In this document: positions 44,137-58,500 of the stretch, piece after piece
Layout of the letters: the number at the start of each line of letters is the position of its first letter
How positions within the stretch are numbered: position 1 is the first letter of the stretch
From: Clostridia bacterium
GTDB taxonomy: Bacteria > Bacillota > Clostridia > Christensenellales > Borkfalkiaceae
NCBI GenBank assembly: GCA_017407325.1
Contig: JAFQWV010000027.1
Location: 31,623 to 95,622, forward strand
Length of the DNA stretch: 64,000 bases
Direction: 5' to 3'
Made by a program: the position numbers and the translations under genes
The notes under the pieces: model-generated
The model's database searches: none
Seen by the model: the letters and a program-made list of their open reading frames with translations, nothing else
What the model was told of the DNA's origin: nothing

Positions 44137-45159
44137 TTAGCGTTGAACGCGACCTGATGCGTCCCCACCAGCTAAATTTTCAACTTCTTCTTTAGAAACA
44201 AGGTTGAAGTCGCCGTTGATAGTGTGCTTTAATGCGCTTGCAGCAACTGCAAATTCTAAAGCCTTACCTTGATCGGTTGGGTAAGTTAATAAGCCGTGAA
44301 TTAAACCGCCAGAGAAAGAGTCACCACCACCAACGCGGTCAATGATTGGGTTAACGTCGTAACGCTTAGATTGATAGAATTCTTTACCATTGTAGATAAG
44401 AGCCTTCCAGCCGTTGTGAGTTGCAGAGAAAGATTCTCTTAAAGTAGAAACAACGTACTTAAAGCCGAATTCTTTAGCCATAGCCTTGAAGATACCTTCG
44501 TAGCCAGCAGCATCAGTCTTACCAGCGTTTACGTCAGCTTCAGGCTTGAAGCCTAAGCAAAGTTCAGCGTCTTCTTCGTTACCGATACAAACGTCAACGT
44601 ACTTCATAAGAGGTTTCATGATAGAGATAGCCTTTTCGCTAGTCCATAATTTTTTACGGAAGTTAAGGTCAACTGAAACGGTAACACCGTGGCGTTTTGC
44701 AGCTTCACAAGCAAGACGAGTAAGTTCAGCACTCTTATCAGAGATAGCTGGAGTAATACCAGACCAGTGGAACCAGTCAGCACCTTCCATGATAGCGTCG
44801 AAATCGAAATCTTGTGGATCAGCTTCAGCAATAGCACTGTTTGCGCGGTCGTAGATAACCTTACTTGGACGCATAGATGCGCCGGTTTCAAGGAAGTAAA
44901 TACCAACTCTGTCGCCACCACGAGCAATATAATCAGTCTTAACGCCGTATTTTCTTAATGCGTTAACAGCGCTTTGACCAATTTCGTGTTTAGGAAGTTT
45001 GGTTACGAAGTAAGCATCGTGACCGTAGTTAGCGCAAGAAACAGCAACGTTTGCTTCGCCACCGCCGTAAACAACGTCGAAAGCGTCAGATTGAACGAAA
45101 CGACGGTTTCCAGGAGTTGAAAGACGTAACATAATTTCGCCTAAAGTAACAATTTTCAT
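44137..45159 (-). CDS. kdgK: 2-dehydro-3-deoxygluconokinase (PfkB family)
   Basis: Start at ATG 45159 (AAGGAG SD). MKIVTLGEIMLRLSTPG...GGGEANVAV... and the C-terminal DRVGGGDSF motif. Confidence 0.85.
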   Translation of the reverse strand: MKIVTLGEIMLRLSTPGNRRFVQSDAFDVVYGGGEANVAVSCANYGHDAYFVTKLPKHEIGQSAVNALRKYGVKTDYIARGGDRVGIYFLETGASMRPSKVIYDRANSAIAEADPQDFDFDAIMEGADWFHWSGITPAISDKSAELTRLACEAAKRHGVTVSVDLNFRKKLWTSEKAISIMKPLMKYVDVCIGNEEDAELCLGFKPEADVNAGKTDAAGYEGIFKAMAKEFGFKYVVSTLRESFSATHNGWKALIYNGKEFYQSKRYDVNPIIDRVGGGDSFSGGLIHGLLTYPTDQGKALEFAVAASALKHTINGDFNLVSKEEVENLAGGDASGRVQR

Positions 45160-45307
45160 TATAATTCTCCTTATCAGACAGCCTAATTTCAAGGCTTGTC
45201 CAAATTTTTTTCATTACATATATTATAATACAAGAACTAATTATCGTCTATTTTTTTTATTAGCAACTTTATACACAAAACGGATATTTAGCAGTTAAAA
45301 ACAGAAA

Positions 45308-46489
45308 TCACGCTTTATACTCGTCCATAAGTGCAGTAAAGGCTGGAATAGAATTTAAAATCTGTTGTTTTGAAACGCAGTAAGATATGCGCGCGTGGGT
45401 TTTAACGCCAAAGCCCGTACCTGCAACTATTAAAAGTTCATGTTTAAGAGCGCGCTTGGAAAATTCTTCACCGTCACCTGAAGGGGACTTAACGAACAGA
45501 TAAAACGCACCGTCAGGCTTGGCGAATTCATAGCCAAGTTTACTTAGCGCATCGCACAAAACATCGCGATTTTCTTTGTATTCAGCAACGAGTGCTTTTT
45601 GTGAAACGTTTTCTTTTGCGACGAATTGAAACAAGCTTGGAGCGCAAACGTAGCCGTATGCTCTACCTGCTCCACAAACTGCAAGGTAAAGTTTTTCCGA
45701 GTCTTGCATTTTAGGGTTAATCGCTATATAGCCAATTCTTTCGCCCGGAAGTGATAGCGATTTCGAGTAAGAATAACAAACAACCGTGTCGTCGTAATAG
45801 TTCATCAGATACGGCACTTCTTCGCCGTAAGTAATTTCTCTGTACGGCTCGTCACAGATGATAAAAATTCGCGTTCCGAGTTCTTTAGATTTAGCTCGCA
45901 AGATATCGCAAAGCTTTTCGATAATCTCTTTACTGTAAACGACGCCACTAGGATTGTTAGGGCTGTTTACTATAATAGCTTTAACGCTTTTATCAATTTT
46001 AGAAGATAAATCGTCAAAGTCGATAGTCATATCGTCAAGCGGTTTAACAACCTCAAATTTTGCGCCAGCAGTTTCAGAGAAAACTTTATATTCTGGGAAG
46101 TACGGCGCAAGTGCAAGCACTTTTTCGCCACTATTTATAAGCGCGCCAAGCGAAATCGTCAAAGATGCCGCCGCCCCACAAGTCATATAAATTAAGTCTT
46201 TGTTAATGCCGACAGAAAATCTTTCGTTGATAGAACGAGCAATCGTTTCTCTAACCCCCACATCCCCTTGAGCAGAAGTATAACCGTGTAAGCTCGTTGG
46301 ACTTACGTTAGAAACAAGGTCGATAATCGACTTATTTACCGACTTTGGTGGTTCTATGCTCGGATTTCCTAAACTAAAATCGAAAACCTTATCTTCACCA
46401 ATTTCCGCCTTTCTTTTTTTGCCGTATTCGAAAAGTTCTCTTATAACGCTACGCGTAGAACCTAAACCGTAAAATCTCTCGTTAAACAT
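45308..46489 (-). CDS. class I/II PLP-dependent aminotransferase (aspartate/alanine type)
   Basis: 393 aa. NSPNNPSG and the PLP-lysine context YSYSKSLSLPGERIGY. Confidence 0.88.
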   Translation of the reverse strand: MFNERFYGLGSTRSVIRELFEYGKKRKAEIGEDKVFDFSLGNPSIEPPKSVNKSIIDLVSNVSPTSLHGYTSAQGDVGVRETIARSINERFSVGINKDLIYMTCGAAASLTISLGALINSGEKVLALAPYFPEYKVFSETAGAKFEVVKPLDDMTIDFDDLSSKIDKSVKAIIVNSPNNPSGVVYSKEIIEKLCDILRAKSKELGTRIFIICDEPYREITYGEEVPYLMNYYDDTVVCYSYSKSLSLPGERIGYIAINPKMQDSEKLYLAVCGAGRAYGYVCAPSLFQFVAKENVSQKALVAEYKENRDVLCDALSKLGYEFAKPDGAFYLFVKSPSGDGEEFSKRALKHELLIVAGTGFGVKTHARISYCVSKQQILNSIPAFTALMDEYKA

Positions 46490-46523
46490 TTTATCACCGT
46501 AAATATTATTTTTTTTATAGTTT

Positions 46524-46549
46524 TCAAGGGATGAAAACTCATCCCTTGA
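46524..46549. terminator. hairpin downstream of the giant ORF (no U-tract on the minus strand)
   Basis: TCAAGGGATGAaaacTCATCCCTTGA. T-rich flanks suit only a plus-strand reading. Confidence 0.35.
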
Positions 46550-46577
46550 ATTTTGTTTAGTTGTGTTAAAAATTTGA

Positions 46578-49500
46578 TTATTTAGTATAATCTAGCAATA
46601 CCGAATGTTGATAAGTACCTTCTGCGTAATTACCGATTACTGCGCTAGCTACGTGTGATGCGCTAACGCTAAATCCCGCAGTCAAACTATCAGCTTCTGC
46701 ACCGTTTAACTTAACTTTTGCAATAGGAGTAAACTCGATGTCACAATTATCGTTATTTACAAAGTTTCCGTCATTATCGTAAACGACAAGATCAGAAATA
46801 ACACCCGAGAAGGTTATAATTGCATTACCAGCTTCAACGCTTTGAGTCATATTCATAAAGTCTTGACCAGTACCAACGTTGTAAGTTGTTCCGTCCTTTT
46901 CGTAGTTAAAGTTCATAGTAACTGAAACTGCGCCGCTAAGGTTCGACTTATTCTTCATAAGCTCTGCAACGTAATTAGTACCGTAGAACTCTAAATGAGC
47001 GGTAAAGCGAATACCCGTGTAATCCTTATTAAGTCTTATCGAACCACCTTCGGTGAACGAAAGTTTAGTGTACATTGCAGTCCACTCACCAGCTGGAGCC
47101 GTTCCGTTTTGACCTACAGCCGTAACGCCCTTATCCGTCCAGCACAGGAATTCAAATCCACTTGGTGCGTCAGGAGCATTTGGCATAGTACCGTCTTGAT
47201 AAGTCTTATAAAGATATGCGTTTTCTTCGCCGTTCTTAGTTACTTCGATAGTAGCTGAAACAGTTTGTGAAACACCAACCTTTAATTCATACGAACCAGC
47301 GTGAACACTACCTAAAACGTAGTGAGTTCCCCAAATGGTAGTATCAATTTGGCTGTTCCAAGTAACTGCTAAAGTAATTTCCGTACCACTATCTGCAGTA
47401 GAGTTAGTGCTGATTTCAGCCTTAACTTTGTCAAGACGGTAATCGCTGTTTAATGCAGTAGTATCTTCAATAGAGTAAATCTTAACGATATAGTAAGGAA
47501 CTGCGCTATTTAAAACGATAATTTCAATGGTAGTAGCGTAATGTCCATTGTCAAGTAGTTCAAGATTAGAACCGTTCCAAACGTAACCGCTTTCAAGAAC
47601 TAATTCAACAGGTACTGAATATCTTCCTGCCGCGACGTTATGTGCGCCCATAGTTAAGTCGTAAATAGTTTCGTCGCTTGGGTCGTCAGCGTTAGTCGCT
47701 TCAGCAAGTTTCCACTTAATTTCGAATACGCTTTCAAATACTTTTTCACCATTTATACCGTCTAACGCGTAAGGAATTTGGACTTGAATAGTTTCGTCGC
47801 TACGAACAGTTGGGGTATCAATCTCAATATCCGTAATCGAAATCGTCCAGAACGCGTAAAGAACTGTATCGCCTTCGATAAATACTTCGTCATCCAAACC
47901 GTAAATTTCTCCACTTCCGTCAGGATATAACGACCAGCCTTCGAATTCAGCAACGGTATTATCAGGAAGAATATATTCAGCCGTTACTGTAAAGTAAGTA
48001 CTGTTAGCGTGTTGGACAGATACTGGCATAGTAGCACCAGTATCGAACGTATCAACGAAAGTAATTACTACGTTGCCCGTTACCTTTTCAAAGCCTGCAT
48101 AAATTGTTACTGCCGTATCCGTAGAATTTGCCTTTAACGAATTGATAAAGTCAATAGTAAACGCTTGGTTAATATCAAATTCTTGAGCTCCTTCATTGTC
48201 GGTATACCAACCTACGAAAGAATAACCAGGAATTTGCGGTCTAACGTGTAGAGCGCTACCTAAAGATGCAGTTCCTTGAGTATGAACGAACGGAATTGCA
48301 TCGCCTACAGGCACGATAACGGAATCGTATAAATCTGCATTTTGATTGAACTCGTCGTCGTTTGCAATGACACTAAACTTTTCGAAGTTAACTGTTATAC
48401 CCCATCTTGCGTAAAGGGTAAACGTTTCATCGTCAGGTTCTAACGCCATAACCTTGTTAGGATTATCACCGTCAAATACCCAAGTTCTTTCAAAACCTTG
48501 GCTATCAATATAGTACCAGCTGTGAATTACGTAACCGTTTGCAGTTGCCGTAATAGTTGGAAGTTCAGTATTGAAAGTGAACATACCGCTGTTATTTTCG
48601 AGCGTTTTGCCTTCAACTTCTAAAGTAGCAAAATCAATGTTTGCATTTCCACTTTCGAAAGTTATCTTGTATTCGTTCGCTCTCCAAACAGCAAATAGCG
48701 TAATGTTTTCTGTCAACGTGATAACGCTTTCAGTCGTATACTCAGCAGTTGGACTATTTTGAACCAACGACCAACCGACGAACGTATAACCCATAAGGTT
48801 AGTAAATTTATCGGTTAGTGCGTATCTGTAACCTATCGGGTAAACGTTACTGTCTTGAACGACAGGATAAGCAGAACCAACGACTTCTGCGTATTCAGTC
48901 TTAAAGGTTACCTTAGCACCAAAGTCTGCTTGAAGGTCAATCTCATAAATATCGTTATCCGTGATTATACCCGAACTTTCAAGTGATGCTTGACCGAAAT
49001 TCCAATCCGCGCCGTTGTAAGTCCAAGTACGGAAGGTACGCGTCGTATTAATATAAGAAGGATTTTCCGCAAGAACAGGTGCGTCGAATAATTCGGTGTA
49101 TGATACCATATCCGTAGTTATAAGTTCGTTACCGTTCTTATAGTTAATCGTGTAAGTCTTTGGTGTCCAATCTGCAGTAACTACGACGTGATCATTTAAC
49201 ATGATGTTAGACGAGAATATTTCGCCGTTACTATAATACCAGTCAACGAAGTTGTAACCAACGCGACTTAATTCTAAATCTTTAAGTGCTTGTTCTCTGC
49301 CAACACCTCTAATCGTAATAACTTCATTAACTTGCTTATTCTTAGGTATTTTGTACTCAACGGTATTTCCGAAACCTGAGTCGAACGTGAGAGTATAATA
49401 ACCTACGTTAAATACCGCATATAAGGTTGAAACTTTTTCTTCGTTGCCTTCAACAATTACGTCTGAATAAAGATCAATATCGTAAAGTCCGCCTGCTTGG

Positions 49501-52500
49501 TATGATGCAACTTGAGCAGATTGATCAATAGACCAACCGATAAATTCGATATTTTGAGCAGCCGGTGCGTTGTTTAATCCAGATTCAGCGAAAGTAGGCA
49601 ACTCAATCTTCGCACTCTTAACGAACGGAGTAGCATTTGCATAAGTTCCACTACCATCGGTAGATAAGTATTTTTCAACGCCTGCATATACAAACTTAAC
49701 CTTAACGATATTATCGCTAGTAGTTTTTACAGGATAAGCATTAATTAACAACTTAGAAATGATTGTTTCGTCGCCTACCGACTTAACGAAAAGTTCAGTT
49801 AGACCGTTCGTGTTTATTGATAGCGTCGCAAGTTCAGCATTTGTGTAAACCGCTAAATCGCTTGAAGTCGCTAAAGAGTTACCACTTGCGTCAACTACTG
49901 ATAACGTACTTGAATTGTTCGACGTTCTAACGCCACCAACAAACTTAACTTCAACCCTTTCAACACCATTAGGAATTGAAATCTTCAACGCATTTTCGCC
50001 TGCGTCTAAAGTTAAGTATCCGTTTTCGTTAGCGTAACTGTTCGATAATCCAGTAAGAACTAATTGGTTACCAACGTCACCGTTAGAATCGATTACTAAG
50101 TCACCAGCAACACCTTGCGTCCAGTCGCTTGAATCTTTTCTTTCAAAACCAACGCCCGCGTTTGCATTTTTACTATCTTGGATAGTAACGTGTGCTGATG
50201 CTTGGTAAGTATTTGATTCTATTGTTTCATCTTCATTATTAGTTGTAATAAACGCATAACCTATATCAGCGTACAAAGTAGTCGTGAAGACGTATTCGTT
50301 ACCGATGTCTTTATTGAAATTGTCACAAGTCCATACAAGACTGTCAGGAATCCAATCTTTAGAAACACCGCTTCTGTCTATGTAATAACCTCTAACTTCA
50401 AACGCTGAAATTACTGCAGATTTAGTAGTTCCGATAGGATAAATGAAATTCTTTTCAACGAGTGGTTCATTGTCAGTAAATTGAATTATGATATTTCTGA
50501 GAGTCAAGTCTAACGTTACGCCAATTTGTTGTAAGTTTTCATTAACGCCGTCACTAAATGCAAAACTACCATAATCACTATCGTCAAGCTTTATATAACC
50601 TGTGAGAGTTTGAGTTCCACTTTGTAAGCTAGAAAGCGTCCATCCGCTAACTGCAAGTGACCAGTCGATAGCAAGATTCTTACCAAAGCCGTCACCCGTT
50701 ACCATTACGTTTGCAGGAAGCTCTAAGGCGCTTGCCGAAACAATTGCAGTTCCACTTGTAGAACCTTCTTCTCTGTAAACGTTTTCCATAACGTCAACTA
50801 TATATTTTTCTAAATCTTGTAGCTCGTTTGGTGTTACGATTTCCTTAGTATGAATATCCTCAATGAAGTATGCGTACAAGTAAATCGTATCGCCGTCAAT
50901 CATTTCAAACGACGGATAGAACTTATTTTCACCGTCAAACGTCGCTTGATTTTGGAATACGCCGTCGTCAAGATACCAACCCATAAAGATATAACCGTTT
51001 AAAGTTGGATCTTCACTAGGTTTAGTAATACCGTCAACTAAATTAAACGTTCCGCCATCGTGCGTTGCTTCATTGCTTATAAACTCGTAATTGTAAGTAA
51101 TAGGAGTCCACTTAGCGTAAAGCGTAATATCTTCAGAAACTGTTAATTCTTGACCGTAAGTGTATGCCACTGCACCACCTTCTGTCGTTGCCCAACCGGC
51201 AAACGTATAACCGTCACGGTGGAAGTGGTTGATATCGACGATAGTTGAACCACTTACGAGATAATCGTAAGTTTCTTCAGCGCCTTCTATATTATTGTTA
51301 TAAGTAAGCGTATTACCTACAAATTGATCGTTTGAAACGCTAGCGCTAATTCCAACGATATAAATAGCGCTATTTCCCGTTGTAGTAATATTAATAGTCG
51401 AAGCTTCGCTTACTGTAGTTGCGTAAACTGCTATGTCAGCAACGAACGGAGTAAACGTACTACCATCATCAAACGTTCTTGATACAGAATATTCTGTACC
51501 GTTGATAGTAAATTTGCTTGAACCACTTGCTACAACAGCAGAAACTCTTATAGACAACGCACTTTCAGTAGTAATGCCACTAACGTTTACGCTAATAGTA
51601 TTACCTTTTGCAAGAGAAAGCATAGGCTTAGACATAGCGTTAGAACCTGCCGTTGCACCACTTGCGTCAATAGTTAATACGTCGCCGTTTTTAGCAATAA
51701 TTTTTCCGTTATATTTAGTAGTCCAATCATTACCTAAAGTTTGAGAGCAATCGGTGTAAACCGTATCAATCGCTTGTAGTTCGCTAGAGTATGCGTCCCA
51801 CTTAGCGGTTAAAGTTTTACCCGAGCCCCATTGTGCGTATAAAACCGTACCTTCAGGAATGACACCTACTAAGCGATTATCAGATGCATTAGGGTTGAAA
51901 ATATCACCCGGATAATAAGTATCACCTTGACCGTTAGATTGAGTATTCCAACTTAAGAATACTTTATCTTCTCTTGTTTCTGCAGTCATATCAAACTCGT
52001 TTTCCGAAAGTGGGCCACGACCGTTAGTGTAATACTTAGTAAACGAATCAGTTGAACCGTCGTTAGCATAGTAAGTCAACGCCCTTGCACGTTGCCATAC
52101 AGCGTAAAGCGTAATATTACCGTCAAGTTCTAACGATTTACCAACTTGATAGTTTTGTTCAATACTATCTGAGCCTTTCGTTCTAGACCAACCGATAAAT
52201 TCGTAGCCTTCGCGCTCGAAGAAGTTCTTTTCAACGATAGCGTCATCACCCGAACCGTTTTCGGCGTAAACGACTTCACGAGTTAACGCGTTATCTGTGC
52301 CGTCGTTTGCGTGATAAGTAATAATATGACTTTCGTCCTCAACCATAGTACACTCAACCTTAATGCCGGTTAAGTAAATATTTGTTGATCTATGAGTATT
52401 TCTAACCGTAAATACGGTTTCATCTCCCGAATATTCATATATATGATATGAAGGAGAGAACTCGTAGAAGTAGTTAAAGTCTGTTTCATTATCAGTTTCC

Positions 52501-55500
52501 GTGTAGGAGTGGTCAGTAACCAACATTTTATCTTTACCGCTGTTCAACGGACCAACCTCTAACGTTACGTCGTTACCTGATGCACGGAATCTAACTGCAT
52601 AAACTGAGATTTTAACAGAAGCATAACCCTTTGGAACTACTACGTAGATAAACGGAGCATTAAGACTTGTTTGGTGATAACCTTTAATCATTGACCAAGT
52701 TTGACCGTGATAGTCTGTATCAACGAGTGCCGCAGTAATACCGTCGTCTTCGTCAACGACAGTTTCGTCGTCAGCAATAATCTTAACTTCACCGTTTCTT
52801 GCAACGATCGTACCAGGAATCGTCGCTTCGTCAGTTGCAACTTGATAGTAGTCTGACCAAGCCTTATCGTGCGTATTAGAATTATTGTTATAGAGTACGT
52901 GGTCGCCAGAGCCTGTGTAAGCAAACGCTGTAAATTCAGCAGAATACGTTGCGTAATCTTCAGCTTCTACTACGGTTACTTTGCAATAAACGTAATACGT
53001 ACCGTCTTGACTTCTATCATAAGCTTGACTGTCAATTTCAACACCAGCCCAACTAGAATACCAAACCGTACCACTAGGTGCAGTGTCTAAAGTTGCCCTA
53101 AAGATATATGTACCTGCTACGTTTGCATTATAAGCAACACTAGTCCAACTACCTACGATAACCGCGTAGTCGTAGTCGCTTGTCTCGTTACCGTTTATGT
53201 CGCAAACTACAAATTCAGTAGGTAAACTGTTGATAATTTCAGATTCAGTAGTACCTTCTTGAACGGTCTTTTCTAAGTCTTTAACGATAACAGGTAAAGT
53301 AGCCGTATACCAATTTGCGGTAACAGTCGTATCTTCGTTGAACGTCGTATCTTGCGTAATGCTTGGAGACCAACCGTCAAACGTATATTCATAACCGTTT
53401 ACCGTAAATCTGACTTCAGAGAAATCAGGCATAGAGTCAAGGCTATCGCCACTGTAAATTTTATATTCAAGTGCAAACGAACCAAAAACTTGACTAATTT
53501 GATCGCTTGTCATACCAGCAGGCGCGTTCACGTCGAAAGTGATAGTAATCTTTGGTTCTTCTTCCATTATAACGTAAAGATTATTAGTTTCACTTGTGAC
53601 AGTTAAAACGTCGCCAGGGTTATAATAACTTGCTGTTCCGCTTGTGGCGGTTGCCCATCTACTGAACAAATAGTGATCAGGTAAATCAAGGTGTTCAGTT
53701 TGCGGTTTAACGATTACTTTTGCCTGATTTAAATAGTTATAAGGTTCTTCTATCGCTTCGCCGTAAGAATTATTGTCATTGATAACTGTATGGTAATATA
53801 ATTTGTTAGTAGAGTCTTCAATATTCTCATCGTTTATGTTTTCATCTTCGTATTGAGCGTTAACAACGATAGAATGAAGCGCAGTATTGTTACCGCTTGA
53901 GAATAAGTAAAGAATATTTCCGTAATCATCAGTCGTACTTATACTTAAATTCGTATAAGTTGCACCAACAGTTTGACTAAGCGGAACTTGTATTCCATCT
54001 TCAGTCCAAAGCGAAACGTTATCTTTCGTTGCATTCGTTACTTTAATAACGATTAAAAGCATCGAATACTCATTTGGTAAGTCAATTTTAATCGGCGCGT
54101 CATTTTTATAAGATGAGTTACTGAAAGTCGCACCTGTTAAATTGATAATACCGTCGCTTGTTATTTCGCCAATATTATCTGCGTCAACTACGATAGAAAC
54201 TTCACCGTTTTCTGACAACGTATAGCGGTCGTTTGTTAAAGTAAGTCCGCTATTCCATGCAGTTCTACCGTCTGACATATAACCGGCACCAGCCATAACT
54301 TGCGCGCCAATTACGTAAACTTCAACGATAGATTCGACCGTTATAGTTGACGTTTCAACTTCTCCAATCTCGTAAAGATATCCACTTGGAACGCTTATCG
54401 TACCAGTTACTTTATAGAAACCAGCCACGTCAATATTTGCATAGTTACTGATATTTTTAGCCGTGTAATTACCGTCTAATTCTGTTGCGTAAGTCGCATT
54501 TACGTAATCCCAATCAACAGTCCAACTTGCCGTAGAACCGTTAGCAAGACGTATCGTCGTAGTGCTTGGTAAATATAAACCGTAAACTTTAGCATCAGCA
54601 AGCGGAACTTTACCGCGTGTTGATTCAGGAGTATCTGCACTATCAACAACCGTATACCACTTAGCGTATAGAGTCATATCTCTTAATACGTTATCAATCG
54701 AATCTGTATAAACGTTGCCGAGTGAATCTACCCAATGGCTGAATACGTAACCTTTAGAAGAAGTGGTCGGAACAATAGCTGTAAGATCTAACGAACCACC
54801 GTTTTCAACTTTTTGATCAGCGATAGCACCGTCAAAAGGTCTAGCGTCGTTATCGTCAGTAACAAACGAAATCGTTCTTTCAACGTCTGTATTAATTTCC
54901 GTAGTCAATTCTAACGAAATTTCATAGAATCTTGCACCACTACTAAAGTTTAAGTAATAAGTAATATCATCACCGTTTTCATCTGCGGTGTCAAACGAAC
55001 CAGAAGTACCGGTCAAGTATGTATTTGAAACAGATGGAGTAATGATTGCAGTTTCCCCATTACCCATAGAAGATCCTATAGTTTTAGAAACCCAAATATT
55101 AATTTGTCCGTTACTACTTGGAGTACCTACAACTTTAACTTTAAACGAAGAATAAACAGAACTTGGAACTTTAAAACTAATATATCTTGTCGATTTTGAA
55201 GATCCACCAGTCTTAATTACCGTACCAGTTTGTAAATCACCACTACCAAATACGATATCCGTTCTTTCTTCTGCCATATTTGATAAACCGTGGAAAGTTA
55301 CTTCAATACCTTGCGAGTTAGGCACGGTTAGTTGTTCACCATTTTTATAAATGATAAAGTTTTCTATTTCCGTAGGTATATCAATCTTTTTTTCCCAAAC
55401 AGCGTATAAAGTAACCGTTGCATCTTGAGTATTAGCAAGGTTTTCAACGCTTTCACCGTTTAGATATACCACGTCACCGTTTGCGCTCGTTGCCCAGCCT

Positions 55501-58500
55501 TTAAAAGTGTAACCTTCTAGCGTAAAGCCGTTTTGAGTTAATGCTGTAGCCTGACCGTAAGTTGCAACTATCGGACTCATTTCTCCCGTTGCATCTTCAT
55601 TATTTTTATTAAACGCGATATTGTACGTAATAGGATTCCAAGTAGCAGTTAAAGTTACGTCACTTGCTGGCATCGTAAACGAAGCGTTTGCTTGTTTTAC
55701 GCCGTCAAACGCACTTGATTCCCAACCAGCGAAAGTATAACCTAATCTTGAAGGATTAGCCCCACTGATTGTAAACGTAACACCTTCTTTAAACCTATTA
55801 GAATTGCTTGGCATTGAAATTTCTTCGCCATCAACACCGTCTACGTAAGTTACGCTGTAAGTTGCAGTCCAACTTGCCGTAAGCGTTACGTTATTTTCAG
55901 GCATAGTAAACGTTTCACCTGCTTGCTTAGTTCCGCTAAATGCAGATGACGTCCAACCTGCAAAAATATAATTAGTTCTTGTAGGAACAGTTGAACTGAT
56001 AGTAACAGTGTCCCCGCTTGAATATTGGGTACTGTCCGTAGGAGCGTTTGCCCCACCGTTAGCGTTATAAGTTACGGTATATGTATCTGGTGTTTCGCCC
56101 GTTGCGTTCCACTTAGCGTAAAGCGTAGTATCGTTTGTAACGACTGTATTGAAATCATAAGCCTTAGTTAAGTTACTGTCTAAGTACCAACCGCCAAAAG
56201 TATAATCAGTCTTAGTAGGAGCAGTCGGCTCAGAAACTTTTCCACCAACCGCAATATTAGAAACGTTACTTACAGAAGTTCCACCGTTTTCTTCAAAAGA
56301 CACGGTAAACGTCGGCGCCTTACTTAACTCAACTTTAATACCAGTTATAAAACCGTTATTGCTTGCATTTCCATTTGAAATAGTATAAGTTCCAGCAGAT
56401 AATGAACTAGTCGTATACGATCCAGGTGTAAACTCTTTGAATAAATTTGTTTCCGTATAGAACGCTGAAGAAGCGATTATATCACCTGTACTACCATTTA
56501 TTGAAACCGTCCAGTTTTTACTATTTGTTACGGTGGTTCCGTAAACAGTAACTTTTGCAGTATAACCTTCTTTAATAACGATAGTTGCAAAATCTTTACT
56601 ATTTGCCGCAATTCTTATAAACGGCTCAGTAATTGCACGGTGGGTTGAGTCAGTTATACACTTGCTTGAATCAAATTTTACCGTAACACCCGTGTTGTCA
56701 ATAATTGTATAATATCCATCGCTCAAATAATCAGCGTACAAATCTGTCCAACGAACGTTTTGGTAAATATCAGCATTAGTGGTAACGTATTTACCGTCAC
56801 TATCCATGGTATAAGAATTCCAAGTAACGGTAGAATCGCTTGCAGAAACTCTCGAACTGATAGAACCAGGAGCAATTTGGAAAACAGGTTTAAGCGTCAT
56901 ATCCTTCGTTGGATGTATTTCAGCATTTTCTGCATATTCAACACCGTCTTGGTCTATCCACGCTATAAAAGTATAATTTGTTCTTGCAACGTTAGTTGGC
57001 GCGTTAAAACCGTCAACAAAATTGGCATTAATCACAGAATTTAGTTTCGCGGTGATGTTTATACCTGTATTTCCGTTGAAATCGTAGGTAATATTGTAAT
57101 AATTATTTCTACTACCTGTTAAATCTTGCACTATGGCACTGAAGTCAATAGTAATTGTATACTCCGTGGCAGTCCAAACGGCGTAAATTGTTCCGTTTGA
57201 AAGTTCAGCATCTTCAATTAAATCACCATTTGCATCGAACAAATCTGCGCTTGTTGCGTTTTCAGAACTTGCAAAACCTGCAAAATCATAATGTTCTCTA
57301 CTTGGAATATGCGAACTTAAAAGTTCAGGATTTGCAATTGCTACTTTAATACCCGAAAGCGTTTCGCTACCGCCAGCGAAACTACCACCGTTAGCGTCAA
57401 GTGTAAACGTGTATGCTTCAACGCTATCTTCAAGTTCCCAACCTGCGTAAAGAACCATATCCGACGTAATAATGGTTGAGTTTAATACAAACTGCGTCGT
57501 TAATTGTGCGTCTATATACCAACCCGTAAAGTCGTAATTATCTCTTGTTGGCGTAGGTAAAGTACCAGTATAAACGTTACCGACAACAGCCGCGATATAT
57601 TCGTCACCCGAAAGCGTTCCGCCGTTTGCATCTAACGGAATTTGTCTTTCGTTAACGTTAGGTGTAGTAGGCTTGTTTACAGTTTCGTTAAAATATTCGA
57701 TAAACGCTAAAATAAACGGAGCCGTACCTTTTGAACCATTTGCAACCGCAGATTTATTAACATATGTAGACGCTAGACCTGAATTCGCATCACTTAAACT
57801 TGTAGCACCACAAATATCGTATACGTTAATATCCGAACCGCTAACTGATACAGAGTGTGCATAAATACCTTCAAAAACTTGTCTACCAATATCGTTATAT
57901 GAAAGAGGATCTCCCCCTGCAGTAGTAGTATAAGTTCCTGACAAATATCCCGCTTTACCGCCTTTCATTAAAGCGTAAGCAAACATCGCAGAACCTGACG
58001 TTTCAAGATAGTTATCCGTATTCTTTATCGTGCCTTGGTTTAAAACATGATAGAACATTTTAGAATCAGGGTCTTGATGCGCTAAAATACTATCCATCAA
58101 ATCTTTAAATACAGCCGTCAAATACGCTCTACTGCTCGTATATGTAGTATTTTTAAACGTAATTTCGTTTATCGTTTCGTCTGGCAAATAATCTAAAACG
58201 TCAACGAGCGACATAGCAAGCCAGCCTGTACCACGTGACCAGAAAGCCGAACTTACGCCGTCTTCATTTGCCCAAGGCGCAGCACCGTCCGCAGAATAAC
58301 CGTGGTAATAAAGGCCTGTGTCACTATCGCGCATATTATTAACTACTACGGCGTATTGGTCAATTAAGCCTTGCACGGTATATCTAAAATCAGTAGTTCC
58401 TAACTGCGCTTTACCGCCTGCCGCTAAATATCTTGCATAAAGCGGAGCGTACATATATAAACCGTCAAGCCAAACTTCATTAACTTCATCCGGCGTATGC

